This document shows, one piece after another, positions 49,120 to 59,078 of a stretch of 64,000 nucleotides of DNA (position 1 is its first letter; the number at the start of each line of letters is the position of its first letter). The DNA is taken from assembly GCA_000092065.1 (NCBI GenBank), contig CP000591.1; one strand, written 5' to 3'. This DNA is from Ostreococcus lucimarinus. Its lineage: Eukaryota. Under the pieces are notes generated by a model, which ran no database searches, was not told the DNA's origin, and saw only the letters and a program-made list of their open reading frames with translations. The position numbers and the translations under genes were made by a program.

Positions 49120-50328
49120 ATGGCGCCGACGCCGCGCGCGGGCGAGCGCGACGGCGCCGACGCGGCGCGCGACGACACCGCGCGCGCGCCGGCGCGCGAG
49201 AGGGAGACGGCGAAGCCGGCGCCGCGCGAGGAGGGCGCGAACGATGGCGTCGGTGCGATGCGCGAATTCAACGACGACGACGAGGACGCGACGACGACGG
49301 CGACGGCGGCGACGCGCGACGCGATCGAGCGCGAAACGACGGCGTCGACGACGCCGGTGACGCCGGAGACGCGCCTGCTGGGCGAACGCCTGGACGCGCT
49401 GGACGAAGAGGCGGAGCTGACGGTGGAGTCGTTTCTGAGGGCGAAGTTCGACGCGGCGACGACGACGACGACGGATTTCGAGAGCGCGTCCGGACGGTCG
49501 GAGAGCGATGCGGGCGGAAGAGGCGAACGCGTGGACGACGCGGAGACGCTGTACGCGCGAGATACGGATTTGGAGGAGGCGGAGGAGGTGGACCCGCGCG
49601 TGGGCGACGCGCTGGACGAGTTGAACGATTCCATGACGGAGTGCAACGGGTTGGAAAACGCGCTGCAAGAGGCGAGGAAGGCGCGCTCGAGGACGCAAAC
49701 GGTGGCGAGAAAGAGACTGGATTCGGTGGCGGCGAGGTTGTCGTCGAGCGTCATGACGGCGGTGCCTGTGTTTCACAAGCGAGCGTTGGCGCAGCTGTAT
49801 CAGGTGCGAAGCATCGAGGCGCTGCGGGCGTACGAGAGCGCGCACGACGCGCACGAACGCGCGAAGAAGCGGAACGATGAGCTCGAGCGCGAGCTCGTGG
49901 CGAGTAGCGGTAAAGTAGACATCGAGCTCATGGAGGTGTGCGCGGAGGCCATGCGCGAGGTTTCTGAGACGACGGCGGTGAAGCTCCGAGCGACCGAGGT
50001 GCACGAGCGCAACACGCGACGCGCCGTCGAGGCCACCGCCGAAGCGGCCGGTCTCGAGCGCGAGCGCACGAGCGCGGTGAAAAAGGCTCTCCCGTGGTTC
50101 AACGCTAAAGCTTTGGGCGAGGCGGAGTGCGCGCAGGCGGACGAACGCGTGAGCGAATTAAAACTCGCCGTTCGCCAAGCCAAGGCGAGATACGAAGCCG
50201 CGCTCCGCGCGTTGAACGAAATCAGCGAGGAAGTGCACGCCCGTCGCGAGGCGCGCAAGCTCGCGCGCGAGGCTTCAGCTCTAGATATCAGCGCCGTTCC
50301 CGAGATCGAACGGGAGGAAGGCGTGTAA
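49120..50328 (+). CDS. SH3BP5-like coiled-coil protein (Rab11 GEF family)
   Basis: EEVDPRVGDALDELNDSMTECNGLENALQEARKARSRTQTVARKRLDSVAARL ... AKARYEAALRALNEISEEVHARREARKL parallels SH3BP5 (EEVDPRIQGELEKLNQ..., LNEISEEIHERR...). The upstream part of ORF 47641 is antisense to the preceding gene. Confidence 0.7.
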   Translation: MAPTPRAGERDGADAARDDTARAPARERETAKPAPREEGANDGVGAMREFNDDDEDATTTATAATRDAIERETTASTTPVTPETRLLGERLDALDEEAELTVESFLRAKFDAATTTTTDFESASGRSESDAGGRGERVDDAETLYARDTDLEEAEEVDPRVGDALDELNDSMTECNGLENALQEARKARSRTQTVARKRLDSVAARLSSSVMTAVPVFHKRALAQLYQVRSIEALRAYESAHDAHERAKKRNDELERELVASSGKVDIELMEVCAEAMREVSETTAVKLRATEVHERNTRRAVEATAEAAGLERERTSAVKKALPWFNAKALGEAECAQADERVSELKLAVRQAKARYEAALRALNEISEEVHARREARKLAREASALDISAVPEIEREEGV

Positions 50329-50481
50329 ATTATTGTAGATAATCGTAGTTGCGAGTTGCGCGCCGAAAACCGTCGCGGAAAACCTGCTCGAGGTCAATGC
50401 GGCGATTTCCCGCACACGTCGTCGGCGCACGCGCGCGCGCGTCCGACACCGCTCGGACGCACGCCGGGCGTTCGAGCAAAC

Positions 50482-52440
50482 ATGCTCGCGCTTCCGCGCG
50501 CGAGCGTCATCGACGCGCGCGTCGCGCGGCGCGCGAACGCGCGGCGCGCGAACGCGCGGCGCAAACTTTCGGCGGCCCGCGGAGGAAACGCTGGGCCGTT
50601 ATCCGCGTCCCGCGACGCGCGCTCGACGCGCGCTCGAGGCGACGCGCGATGCGGCGACGCGCGCGCGAGCTTCTCGACGGCGTCGACGCCCGAAGCGGCG
50701 ATGCGCGGCGCGATGACGCGAGTGAGAGGCGATTTCGTCCTCGCGCGGGCGGAGAGCCGAGGCGTCCGCGGCGCGCCCGGCGGGTCGACGCACCAATCCG
50801 AGCGCTCGGCGCAAGGAAAAACGCAGAAAGAGACGAGAGTTGCCGTGAGGGTGGCCGCGCTCGTGTTTGGCGCGGTCGTGACGTCGGTGGCGTTCGCGGC
50901 TCGAGCGAGCGGAGCGTTGGCCAAGGTTGGCGCGCAGGTGGCGGCGGCGAACAAACAAGTCGGATCCATGGTGCTCACCGCGGGCGTGCTTTTGGTCATG
51001 TCGGCGTTTTTTTCGTTAGCGGAAACGTCCATCACGACGTTGTACCCTTGGAAAGTGCGAGAGTTGGCGGATCAGGAAGGTTCGACGGGCGGGGTGTTTC
51101 AGATTATGCGCAAGGACGTGACGAGATTTCTCACGACGATTTTGATAGGGACGACATTTTCTGGGATCATGGCCACCGCGCTCATTACGGAGGCTGCATT
51201 GATACTATATGGCGATGGTGCGACGACCGCGGTGACGGTGGCGCTGACGATCGTGATGCTGGTGTTTACAGAAATCGCTCCGAAGAGCGTGGCGGTGCAG
51301 CACGCCACGGTGATTGCACGCGTCATCGCGAAACCCATTTACTTGCTCTCCTTCGTCGTCTACCCGCTCGGTCGAACGTGTCAAATCGTTGTGAACGCCA
51401 TGTTTGCCCTTTTCGGTCTCAAAACTTCCGCTGAGCCGTTTGTGAGTGAAGAAGAGTTGAAACTCGTCCTCGCCGGGGCGACGAAGAGCGGCGAAGTGGA
51501 GAGCGCGGAGAAGGATATGATTCAAAATGTGTTGGATCTCGAAGAGACGGTCGTGAGAGATGTGATGACACCGCTCGTGCAAGTGCACGGCGTGCGAAGC
51601 GATGCCACATTGGCTGAATTTCGTACGGAATGGATCGAGCACAAGTACTCTCGCGTGCCGGCGTGGGAGGATCGCGTGGACAACATCGTGGGCATTGTTC
51701 GAGCGAATCAAATCATGCAGCTCGGAATAGAAAGAGATCTTCGCCCGGAGCAAAGTAAGGAACTCGAAGACGTCCTCGTCCAGGATGTCATGCTTCGTGA
51801 CACTTATTTTGTTCCCGAAAGCATGTCCGTGAGTAAACTCCTTCGCGAGCTCATGCAGCGCAAGTCTCACATGTGCGTCGTGGTGAATGAATTTGGCGGC
51901 ACTGTAGGTATCGCCACACTTGAGGATTGCGTGGAGGAGATCGTCGGTGAAATCTATGACGAAGAGGATAGTCAAAAGGCAAACGCGGATGAGGATGAGC
52001 AAGATGCGACGCCGTTCATTCGCGAGGTGGGACAGGGGGCGTATCTCGTAGACACTCGCGCGGCGCTATGGAAATTGGCGGATGAGTTGTCGCTGGACAT
52101 TCCCGAGTCGCCTCTGTACGAAACTGTGGGTGGTTTCGTGTGTGATTTATTCGGATCTATTCCCGACGTCGGGGCGTCGATCACGACAACGTTTGAGCAC
52201 GTCGAGGACGAGGACGCTAGTTCGGATGACGAGAGCGACGGCGAGACTGATGGGCTCGAATTCGACGGCATCACGCAGCGAGAAGTCGTGGTGACGGTCA
52301 CGGACGCGGATACGAGACGAGTTAATGAAATTCGTGTGCAAATAAAACGCTCTGGAAATTCTATACCCCCGGAAGATTCGGACGACGAAGAGTCGGGATG
52401 GGGCGATAGAAAACCAAAGTTCGCATCCCAGGCTGCGTAA
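50482..52440 (+). CDS. DUF21-CBS-CorC/HlyC transporter-associated protein (CNNM/CorC family, plastid CBSDUFCH-like)
   Basis: DUF21 transmembrane domain (LLVMSAFFSLAETSITTL..., ...VFTEIAPKSVAV). CBS pair (VRDVMTPLVQVHGV...; VQDVMLRD...). CorC_HlyC C-terminus (AYLVDTRAALWKLADELSLDIPESPLYETVGGFVCDLFGSIP). ATG at 50482. Confidence 0.8.
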   Translation: MLALPRASVIDARVARRANARRANARRKLSAARGGNAGPLSASRDARSTRARGDARCGDARASFSTASTPEAAMRGAMTRVRGDFVLARAESRGVRGAPGGSTHQSERSAQGKTQKETRVAVRVAALVFGAVVTSVAFAARASGALAKVGAQVAAANKQVGSMVLTAGVLLVMSAFFSLAETSITTLYPWKVRELADQEGSTGGVFQIMRKDVTRFLTTILIGTTFSGIMATALITEAALILYGDGATTAVTVALTIVMLVFTEIAPKSVAVQHATVIARVIAKPIYLLSFVVYPLGRTCQIVVNAMFALFGLKTSAEPFVSEEELKLVLAGATKSGEVESAEKDMIQNVLDLEETVVRDVMTPLVQVHGVRSDATLAEFRTEWIEHKYSRVPAWEDRVDNIVGIVRANQIMQLGIERDLRPEQSKELEDVLVQDVMLRDTYFVPESMSVSKLLRELMQRKSHMCVVVNEFGGTVGIATLEDCVEEIVGEIYDEEDSQKANADEDEQDATPFIREVGQGAYLVDTRAALWKLADELSLDIPESPLYETVGGFVCDLFGSIPDVGASITTTFEHVEDEDASSDDESDGETDGLEFDGITQREVVVTVTDADTRRVNEIRVQIKRSGNSIPPEDSDDEESGWGDRKPKFASQAA

Positions 52441-52505
52441 GCTCGACGAGCGTTCGCATTGTATAAGCGCTTTGTTGTAAAACCAAACAGGCGGCAGTAA
52501 AATCA

Positions 52506-53606
52506 TCAATCCAAGTCGTTCAACCACGTGACGACGTCGTAAAAAAGCGCTTCCGATGTCTCACGCTCGATGAAATGATCGACTCCGTTCAACTTCCATT
52601 GCTCGACATCGACGTTGTTCTCGCATCGGTCGTACTTCGCCTTGGCGACGCGCACTTCGACGCTGTTGCCATCCGCGGGCAGGGTGTCCATGCTCTTGGC
52701 GACGACGTTCGAGCAATCCATGGCCTTACCCAGCGTGCTGAACGAATCGTCCGCCGATGGAAACGGTATGCCTCGAGCGTTCACACCTCCATCGATAGGT
52801 ACAGTGTGATCGTCGGTGCCGTGCACGAGGAGCACGTTTGTTTCGCCGCTCTTTGGACGACATCTGGACGCATCAGAAAACGTACCACCCGCGAGAGACA
52901 CGACGCCGCGGAAGAGTTCGGGCTTTTCGCACGCCAAGCGGCTCGCCATGAAACCTCCAGTAGCGATTCCAACGACGTAAATGCGCTTTTCATCGACGTT
53001 GAATTCCTTCTTCGCGGCGGCGACGACTTCTAGAATGTACTTTACGTCGAGGTCGTCCGTCGCCGAGATCTCTGGCAGCGCTACGGCGTCACTTCCATCC
53101 CACGCGCGGCACTCAAACTCTGGACTGTCTCGTGCGAGGATTCCCGTGATCCACGATCCGAACAGTCTGTCTTGCGAATTCGGTGAACTTTCCTGAAGGT
53201 TACACAGTACACACTCGCGCGTCGTGCGGGGAGCTCGCGGCGCCAAGTAAATCCAATTACGGTCGAGCGCGGCTTCTCGTAGCCCGCTTTGGACGAGCGT
53301 TTGCTGCCGGCGACGGGCGATACCCAATCGGTTACGCACGGCTGGCACGTTTCGCATGGACTCGAGCTTGAGCGTTTGCTGCGCGTCGTCGGACAAGCAA
53401 TATCCGTGAAGGAAGACCAGCAAAGGCCTTGCTTCTGAGCCATCGTACCTCGAAGACGTCAACGCACGCACGTCCACGGTGGTGCTCAGTTGAGCCTTGA
53501 AGTCGGCGTCTCCCGCACGGCAGCTCGCGCACAGAGTGAGCAGTAAAGTGAGAATGAGAAACATTTGGAGGAGCGAACGTCGAAGAATGAAGTCCATCAC
53601 TATCAC
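52506..53606 (-). CDS. Secreted alpha/beta-hydrolase esterase (PHB-depolymerase-type esterase family)
   Basis: Signal peptide MDFILRRSLLQMFLILTLLLTLCASCRA. LVFLHGYCLSDD. Nucleophile-elbow position reads VGIATGGFMA, with Thr (codon ACT) where Ser is expected. Downstream LVHGTDDHTVP. Confidence 0.6.
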   Translation of the reverse strand: MIVMDFILRRSLLQMFLILTLLLTLCASCRAGDADFKAQLSTTVDVRALTSSRYDGSEARPLLVFLHGYCLSDDAQQTLKLESMRNVPAVRNRLGIARRRQQTLVQSGLREAALDRNWIYLAPRAPRTTRECVLCNLQESSPNSQDRLFGSWITGILARDSPEFECRAWDGSDAVALPEISATDDLDVKYILEVVAAAKKEFNVDEKRIYVVGIATGGFMASRLACEKPELFRGVVSLAGGTFSDASRCRPKSGETNVLLVHGTDDHTVPIDGGVNARGIPFPSADDSFSTLGKAMDCSNVVAKSMDTLPADGNSVEVRVAKAKYDRCENNVDVEQWKLNGVDHFIERETSEALFYDVVTWLNDLD

Positions 53607-53726
53607 GAGCCGTCTCTTTCGTCGTCTCGAACAACCTCGTCCTCACGAACGCACTTGTTCTTTGGTAGTATTCCAACCCGCTAAAATCCCGCTAATTATT
53701 CGTGCATGTAATGACGCTCACTAAAA

Positions 53727-54686
53727 TCAATTCGAAGACGCGCACGGCGACTCGTCGCTCTCCAACGCGTTCCCGCACTCGGCGTCGCGCAGAGTCTCGC
53801 TCACCCCGCATTGACGAAAGCAAGGCGACGCAAACGCCGGATCAGCCTCCACCGAAGGCGGTGTCGCGCCGTACGTAAACTGGCATTCAAATGTCTCGTA
53901 ATTTGGTGTCAACGTCACCGGCAAGCCAATCTCTTCCGTAAAAAACTTTTGCGTCGGATGCTTGCAAACGTTCGCGCAAACCGCGGCGCACCCGGTTTCC
54001 TCGAGAACGCGACATCGTTTCAACAAAACGCCCTGCTTATACCCCGCCCGCACTTTCGGCGCACCGATCATCGCCGCGAAAACACTCGTCGACACGTCAT
54101 CGCTCACGTCTAGCGCGACATCCTCCGGCGCGTCGTTCACCTCCGCCTCGCCGACGAGCCACGGCAACAACATCGGAGTCACCGCCGCGGCGTGCCGAGC
54201 CGCGAACCATTTCGGGAACAACCGCAGAAATCCCCCGAACGCACCCGCAAAGCCGGGCGGCGCGCAATTTCGTATGATCATCAACCCCTTCGCTCGCGTC
54301 TCGCGCGCGCCCGAGCTCTCGCGCACTAATCGCAGGCACGCGTCCCGCACGTCCGCGAAGTCGTCGCCGTCGTCGCCGCGTGCTTTTCGTCCCGGCGTCA
54401 ACTCGCGCTCCATGACCGACGCGAACGCCCTGAGAAACGCCCTGTCGACGAACGAAGTCTTGTAGTCGGGTTTCGGCGTGCTCGGACCGGCGCGTTCGCG
54501 TCGAAGGTCTCTGGGCGTCGTCTCCGGGCCTCGGTCGGTAGATGACGCAGCCGGTGACGTCCGCGACGTTCGGCGACTATTTTCGGCGCGCGCGCGCGGG
54601 CTCGCGCGCGTGCGGCGACGCGAACGCGCGCATGCGTGACCGCCCGGCGCGGACGAGGACGCGGCGCGCGAGGACGCCGCGCGCAT
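53727..54686 (-). CDS. D27-like beta-carotene isomerase (DUF4033) with an R-rich transit peptide
   Basis: FLRLFPKWFAARHAAAVTPMLLPWLVGEAEV...VLLKRCRVLEETGCAAVCANVCKHPTQKFFTEEIGLPVTLTPNYETFECQFTYG matches the DWARF27/DUF4033 Cys pattern. Confidence 0.65.
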   Translation of the reverse strand: MRAASSRAASSSAPGGHACARSRRRTRASPRARAENSRRTSRTSPAASSTDRGPETTPRDLRRERAGPSTPKPDYKTSFVDRAFLRAFASVMERELTPGRKARGDDGDDFADVRDACLRLVRESSGARETRAKGLMIIRNCAPPGFAGAFGGFLRLFPKWFAARHAAAVTPMLLPWLVGEAEVNDAPEDVALDVSDDVSTSVFAAMIGAPKVRAGYKQGVLLKRCRVLEETGCAAVCANVCKHPTQKFFTEEIGLPVTLTPNYETFECQFTYGATPPSVEADPAFASPCFRQCGVSETLRDAECGNALESDESPCASSN

Positions 54687-54761
54687 GGTGACGGTCGCGC
54701 GCGGGAATGTGAGGCGCCGTCCGCCCGTCTACAACGCTAAAGAGCCTAAAGAGCTATGTGT

Positions 54762-56594
54762 CTACTTACGGTCGTACGCAGTGCGCTCGAACTTGTTGCC
54801 GAGGACGGCGTACGCTTTTTGAGCGAGTTGAAACCGCTCGGCGGCGCGCTTCTTGGCCGAGGCGTCGCCGGCGACCTTGTCGGGATGCGTCTCGAGCGCG
54901 ACGAGCCGAAACGCGGCTTTAATTTCTTCCTCCGTCGCGTGCCCGAGCTTGGCGTCGAGGCGAAGGGTCTTGTAGAAGCCGTGGATGTCGCGAGAGAAAC
55001 CGGGATGGCGTCCGCTGGGGGCGCCGTGCGCGTCGTCGCCGCGCGAACGCTTCCAGTTGGCGCCGTACTTGCGCTCCATCTCCGCCTCGCGTCTCGCGGC
55101 TTCGTCCGCGAGGTGCGCGCGCTCTTCCATCTCGTGTCGCATCTCTTGACGCTCGCGGAATCGGAATATTTGTGTCTCTAGAATGCTGTACGCCCACGCG
55201 CGACGTTTATCCGGATCCCAGCGCATCTTGTCCGTCTCTCGCCATCGTCGCCATTCGGCGTCGTCGCGTCGTCGCTGGACGCTCTCGTCCATCCACTCGC
55301 TGTTCCCTACTGATCGCATCGCACGCGCAAACGCGCGTTCCTCGTCGTGCACGCGCACGGCGTCAATTTTATCTTGACGCATCTTCGGCACCTGACGCGC
55401 GAGCACCGCCGCGCCCGCCGCCGCGACGGCGGACGCCAACGCGCCTTGGCCGAGAAAAAAATACGCGCTCTCGGGCCACACGTACGCGGCGATACTGGCG
55501 GGAATCGCGACCGCGCTGAACGCGAGGGCGCGCGCCTTGTGGTCACAAATCAAATCATCGCTCACGACGAGGCCCGTGACGCCGCACACGACGGCTTCGC
55601 GCGGCTGTTGAATAATCTTGTTTGCGTTTTCGTCGACGACGTACCCGTGCTCGAAGGACACGTACCACACCGGATGATAGACCGCGTACACGTCTCTCGA
55701 CAGCGTCGTGAACTCGACGCATATGTCTCGCGTCGACGTCGCGCCCTTGTGTTTCTTCATCAGCTCCTCCGAGGCCTCCGCGCGCGCCACATCTCGCATG
55801 CGCGCCGCGGCGAGCGACAACGCCATGCTTCGCCTCATCTCAAACGGCTCGACCACCGTCCCTTCCGGCGCCTTCGCGCGCGCGCGCGCCCAATCCATCG
55901 CGTCGAAATCGTTCGGATCAAAGCTCACGCACGCCCCGGGCAGCAAACGATCCACGAAATCCCTCCTGTGCGCGAAACTCGCGCATATTTGACTCGCCCT
56001 CGTCGTCGCGTCGAACCGCGTCGTCTTCGCCGCCGTCCCGCTTCGCACCCAACTCCCCCCCACCTCCACCGATCCCGCGCACGACGTCTCCGCCGTGACG
56101 TCGAACACCCAATACGGCGCGTACGCCGCCCGAAACGTCGGTTCGCGCGCGCCGTCCCGGCCGCGAACGCGCCGCGGCCGCGCGCCTCGACTTCGCAACC
56201 ACCGCCGCAGGGCGTCCCGCGCGTCGCGCTCGTCGCGCTCGAACGCGCGCCCTCGCGCGCCGCGCGGTCCCGACGCGCGTCCCGCGCGCGCGTCGCGCGT
56301 CGCCGCCGTCGTCGAGTCGCGCGAGTCGTCGCGCGTCGCGCGGCCGCGCCGCGCGTCGAATCCCCATCGCGTCGCCGTCGTCGCGCGTTCGCGCGCGAGC
56401 GCGCGCGTCGCGGCGGCGGCGACGCGACGCGCGCGCGCCCGCATCGCGCGCCGTCGCCTGGCGCCGTCGCCGCGCCGCGCCGGCCGTCGCGCCGCGCGCG
56501 CGTCGCGCGCGGGCGTCGCGCGCGTCGGCACCGCCAACCCTCGCGTCACTACATACCGCGAAACACACGCTAAACACGCGCGCGCGACGCGCAT
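54762..56594 (-). CDS. DnaJ (J-domain) protein with a C-terminal J domain and an R-rich presequence
   Basis: C-terminal DIHGFYKTLRLDAKLGHATEEEIKAAFRLVALETHPDKV...AAERFQLAQKAYAVLGNKFERTAYD (HPD motif). First ATG at 56594; the ORF-track start at 56636 is GTG. Confidence 0.7.
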   Translation of the reverse strand: MRVARACLACVSRYVVTRGLAVPTRATPARDARAARRPARRGDGARRRRAMRARARRVAAAATRALARERATTATRWGFDARRGRATRDDSRDSTTAATRDARAGRASGPRGARGRAFERDERDARDALRRWLRSRGARPRRVRGRDGAREPTFRAAYAPYWVFDVTAETSCAGSVEVGGSWVRSGTAAKTTRFDATTRASQICASFAHRRDFVDRLLPGACVSFDPNDFDAMDWARARAKAPEGTVVEPFEMRRSMALSLAAARMRDVARAEASEELMKKHKGATSTRDICVEFTTLSRDVYAVYHPVWYVSFEHGYVVDENANKIIQQPREAVVCGVTGLVVSDDLICDHKARALAFSAVAIPASIAAYVWPESAYFFLGQGALASAVAAAGAAVLARQVPKMRQDKIDAVRVHDEERAFARAMRSVGNSEWMDESVQRRRDDAEWRRWRETDKMRWDPDKRRAWAYSILETQIFRFRERQEMRHEMEERAHLADEAARREAEMERKYGANWKRSRGDDAHGAPSGRHPGFSRDIHGFYKTLRLDAKLGHATEEEIKAAFRLVALETHPDKVAGDASAKKRAAERFQLAQKAYAVLGNKFERTAYDRK

Positions 56595-56671
56595 AAATCC
56601 AGTCCGACCGCGGTGATTCGTGACGCTCGACAACACCCTCGCGATTCCGCGACGCGACGCGGTTCGCCGAG

Positions 56672-58312
56672 ATGGCGCGACGACGCGGACCGCGACGCCG
56701 CGGGGACGGCGACGACGACGAGTCGACCCCGCTCGTCGCTCGCGGGCGCGGGTCGACGACGCCGGCGACGGTGACGCGGGTGACGCTTTTAGTGTTGGTC
56801 GCGATGGGCGTCGTCGGCGCGTCGACCGCGCCGCGTCGACGATTCTCGGCGCGAGTCGGCGTTTTCAAGAAGGGATTGAAAACGGTGACGAGCGCGGCGA
56901 GCGGGGTGGCGAGCGCGTGGTCGAAGACGGGCGACGCCGCGTGGACCAGGGCGGAAAATCTCTCTAAAAACGCGCGTAAAAAGGTTGGCGCCGAGTTGAC
57001 GGCGGCCATGCAATCCGGGCACCAAGAGATTTTTAAGCAATACGACGAGGCGTCGGGGTGGTCCCAGCAAGCGGCGAATCAAGTTGCGGGAGAGGCGACA
57101 GAACTCGGGGACGACGTCGAGAAGACGGCGAAGATGATTGCCGAGTTCCTCGACGGTTATAAATGCGACATCGGCGTCAAAGACTTGAAGAAGACCGTTG
57201 ACGATATTAAAAACGCGGTCGGCTCAAACTCTTTGAAATCCATGTACGACAAGGTGACGGGATCTCCGAATAGGTATTTCAAGAACATGGACGACTTGGC
57301 TTGCCAGATGATGTGGGATACGTCTGGATTCGCGCAAGCTGCATCCGTGATGGAGGCTTTCATCGAGTTGGCCAAGGATAAGTGTCCGCTCGTCGTCAAG
57401 GGTTCGAGTAAGCCCGCTTTCACCTATGGTTTCTCCGTCTCGGGTGACATTGTCGGCGTCGTACTCAGCGCCGGTCGCTCTGGCGAAGTCGGTCTCGGCA
57501 TCGACTTGTCTGGCCAAAAGTTTTGCTACGCTGGCCATTGCGTCTACTCGGGCTTCACCTTGGATGTACCTCAAGTGGGTGTGGACTTCAACGTCGTTGT
57601 CTCCGGTTGGAAGTCGATGTCAGACGTGTCTGGTCGGTCGAACATGATGGCTTTCGGCTTGAGTGGCGAGTTACCAGACTCCGCCATCCCAGATTTTGAC
57701 GTTGATCTCACGCTCGTCACCGGCGGCGCCAAGATGAGCAACATATTGGGCGTCTCCAAGGCGTTAGGCGTCGGTCAAGACGCGTCTGAGCTGCCGGTGA
57801 CGGGCAGCTTCGCCAAGGGTACGTGTATAACTCCTTGGTGCGTCACGTATGAAGGAGGTTCGTGCGCCGGTGATCCGGGAGAAGGGCGCGATTTCAAGTG
57901 CTATATCTCCAGACATTCGTCGTTCCGGCTTCCTGCTCCCTTTGCGGGTCAAACCGTTCAAGACCGATGGGATTACTACAATCGCAAATCGGAATCGGGC
58001 AAAAAGATGCGCAAAGAAATCGAATCGAATAATGACAAGTATCCGATTTACGAAGGGTGCGAGTTCGGCGACGCCGAGATGGAGTGTTACTACGACAAGT
58101 TCTACGCCAAGGCTCATCCAAAGGATTACGACGACATCGAGAAAAAAGTGAACAAAGAATCTTGCAACGGCTTCTCCTCTGACTCTGAATGCTCCAAGAA
58201 TCGCCGCGAGAGGATCATCGAGAAGAAGGTGAGCCGCGCCAAGGCTGATTTCTTCAAAGATAAGGGTGGCTGGAAAAACGAACCGACTTCTTACGCGAAG
58301 TGCGGCATTTAA
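56672..58312 (+). CDS. Hypothetical type II membrane / secreted Cys-rich protein
   Basis: ATG at 56672. N-terminal charged segment, then TM VTLLVLVAMGVVGAS. Many Cys in the ectodomain (CDIGVKDL, CQMMWD, CYAGHCVYSGF, CITPWCVTYEGGSCAGDPGEGRDFKCY...). Confidence 0.55.
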   Translation: MARRRGPRRRGDGDDDESTPLVARGRGSTTPATVTRVTLLVLVAMGVVGASTAPRRRFSARVGVFKKGLKTVTSAASGVASAWSKTGDAAWTRAENLSKNARKKVGAELTAAMQSGHQEIFKQYDEASGWSQQAANQVAGEATELGDDVEKTAKMIAEFLDGYKCDIGVKDLKKTVDDIKNAVGSNSLKSMYDKVTGSPNRYFKNMDDLACQMMWDTSGFAQAASVMEAFIELAKDKCPLVVKGSSKPAFTYGFSVSGDIVGVVLSAGRSGEVGLGIDLSGQKFCYAGHCVYSGFTLDVPQVGVDFNVVVSGWKSMSDVSGRSNMMAFGLSGELPDSAIPDFDVDLTLVTGGAKMSNILGVSKALGVGQDASELPVTGSFAKGTCITPWCVTYEGGSCAGDPGEGRDFKCYISRHSSFRLPAPFAGQTVQDRWDYYNRKSESGKKMRKEIESNNDKYPIYEGCEFGDAEMECYYDKFYAKAHPKDYDDIEKKVNKESCNGFSSDSECSKNRRERIIEKKVSRAKADFFKDKGGWKNEPTSYAKCGI

Positions 58313-58777
58313 GACGCGCGTTCCACCGCGGGCGCGCGCGCCGCACGATTTTGCCGACGACGCTGTAAATAATATTGAAATCATCGCTCGCGTCCGCGCC
58401 CCCGTCGTCGTCGTCGTCGCCTTTCCCCGCGTCCGTCCGCGTCCATCCTTCGTCGCGGCGCGCCTGCATTCACAATAAATTCGTCATGATGCCGTTACGC
58501 ACAGTCAGAATACGCCATTTGACGCGTATAACGCGCATGTCCGCACATGGCGCAAACGCCGAGGCGATTAGGGCACGCGCGATCGACGCGAATTATGCGC
58601 ACCGCACATTCCCGCGCCGCGCGCGACGAACGCGCGGATTCGCGCGACGACGCCGTCGACGCGCGCGTTCGTGGGAGACGCCTCGCGGCCGGGCACCGTT
58701 CGAAACGATCGCGAACGCGCGACGCGAAAAACGGACGTCGATCGCGTTCGCGACGGCGGAATCATAAGAGTCGTTTG

Positions 58778-58799
58778 TTTGAATTTCGGATTCGAATCC
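58778..58799. promoter_or_regulatory. TTTGAATTTCG element abutting a perfect 12-bp palindrome GGATTCGAATCC, about 290 bp upstream of the chromatin-protein gene
   Basis: tcgtttgTTTGAATTTCGGATTCGAATCCgagcg. The same 11-mer occurs in MCM2 intron 1 and, as TTTCAAATTTCG, twice in the primase promoter. Confidence 0.4.
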
Positions 58800-59078
58800 G
58801 AGCGACGCGAGCGCGCGCTCTCGGCGAGCGGGAGCGGCGGGCGAGCGAGAGCGAATGGCGAGGAGTGCGTGGACGCGGCGAGGCGATGCGAGGCGCGCGA
58901 GAGCGAGGACGAGGGCGCGGGGGGGGAAGGACGGGGCGCGCGCGACGACGCGCGTCGCGCGCGACGCGCGCGAAGAAAGACGACGACGACGCGACGACGA
59001 CGACGCGACGACGACGACGATCGCGGGACTGACGAGGGCGTTGATGTGCGCGCGCGCGCAGGCGTCGGGAGCGGCGCG

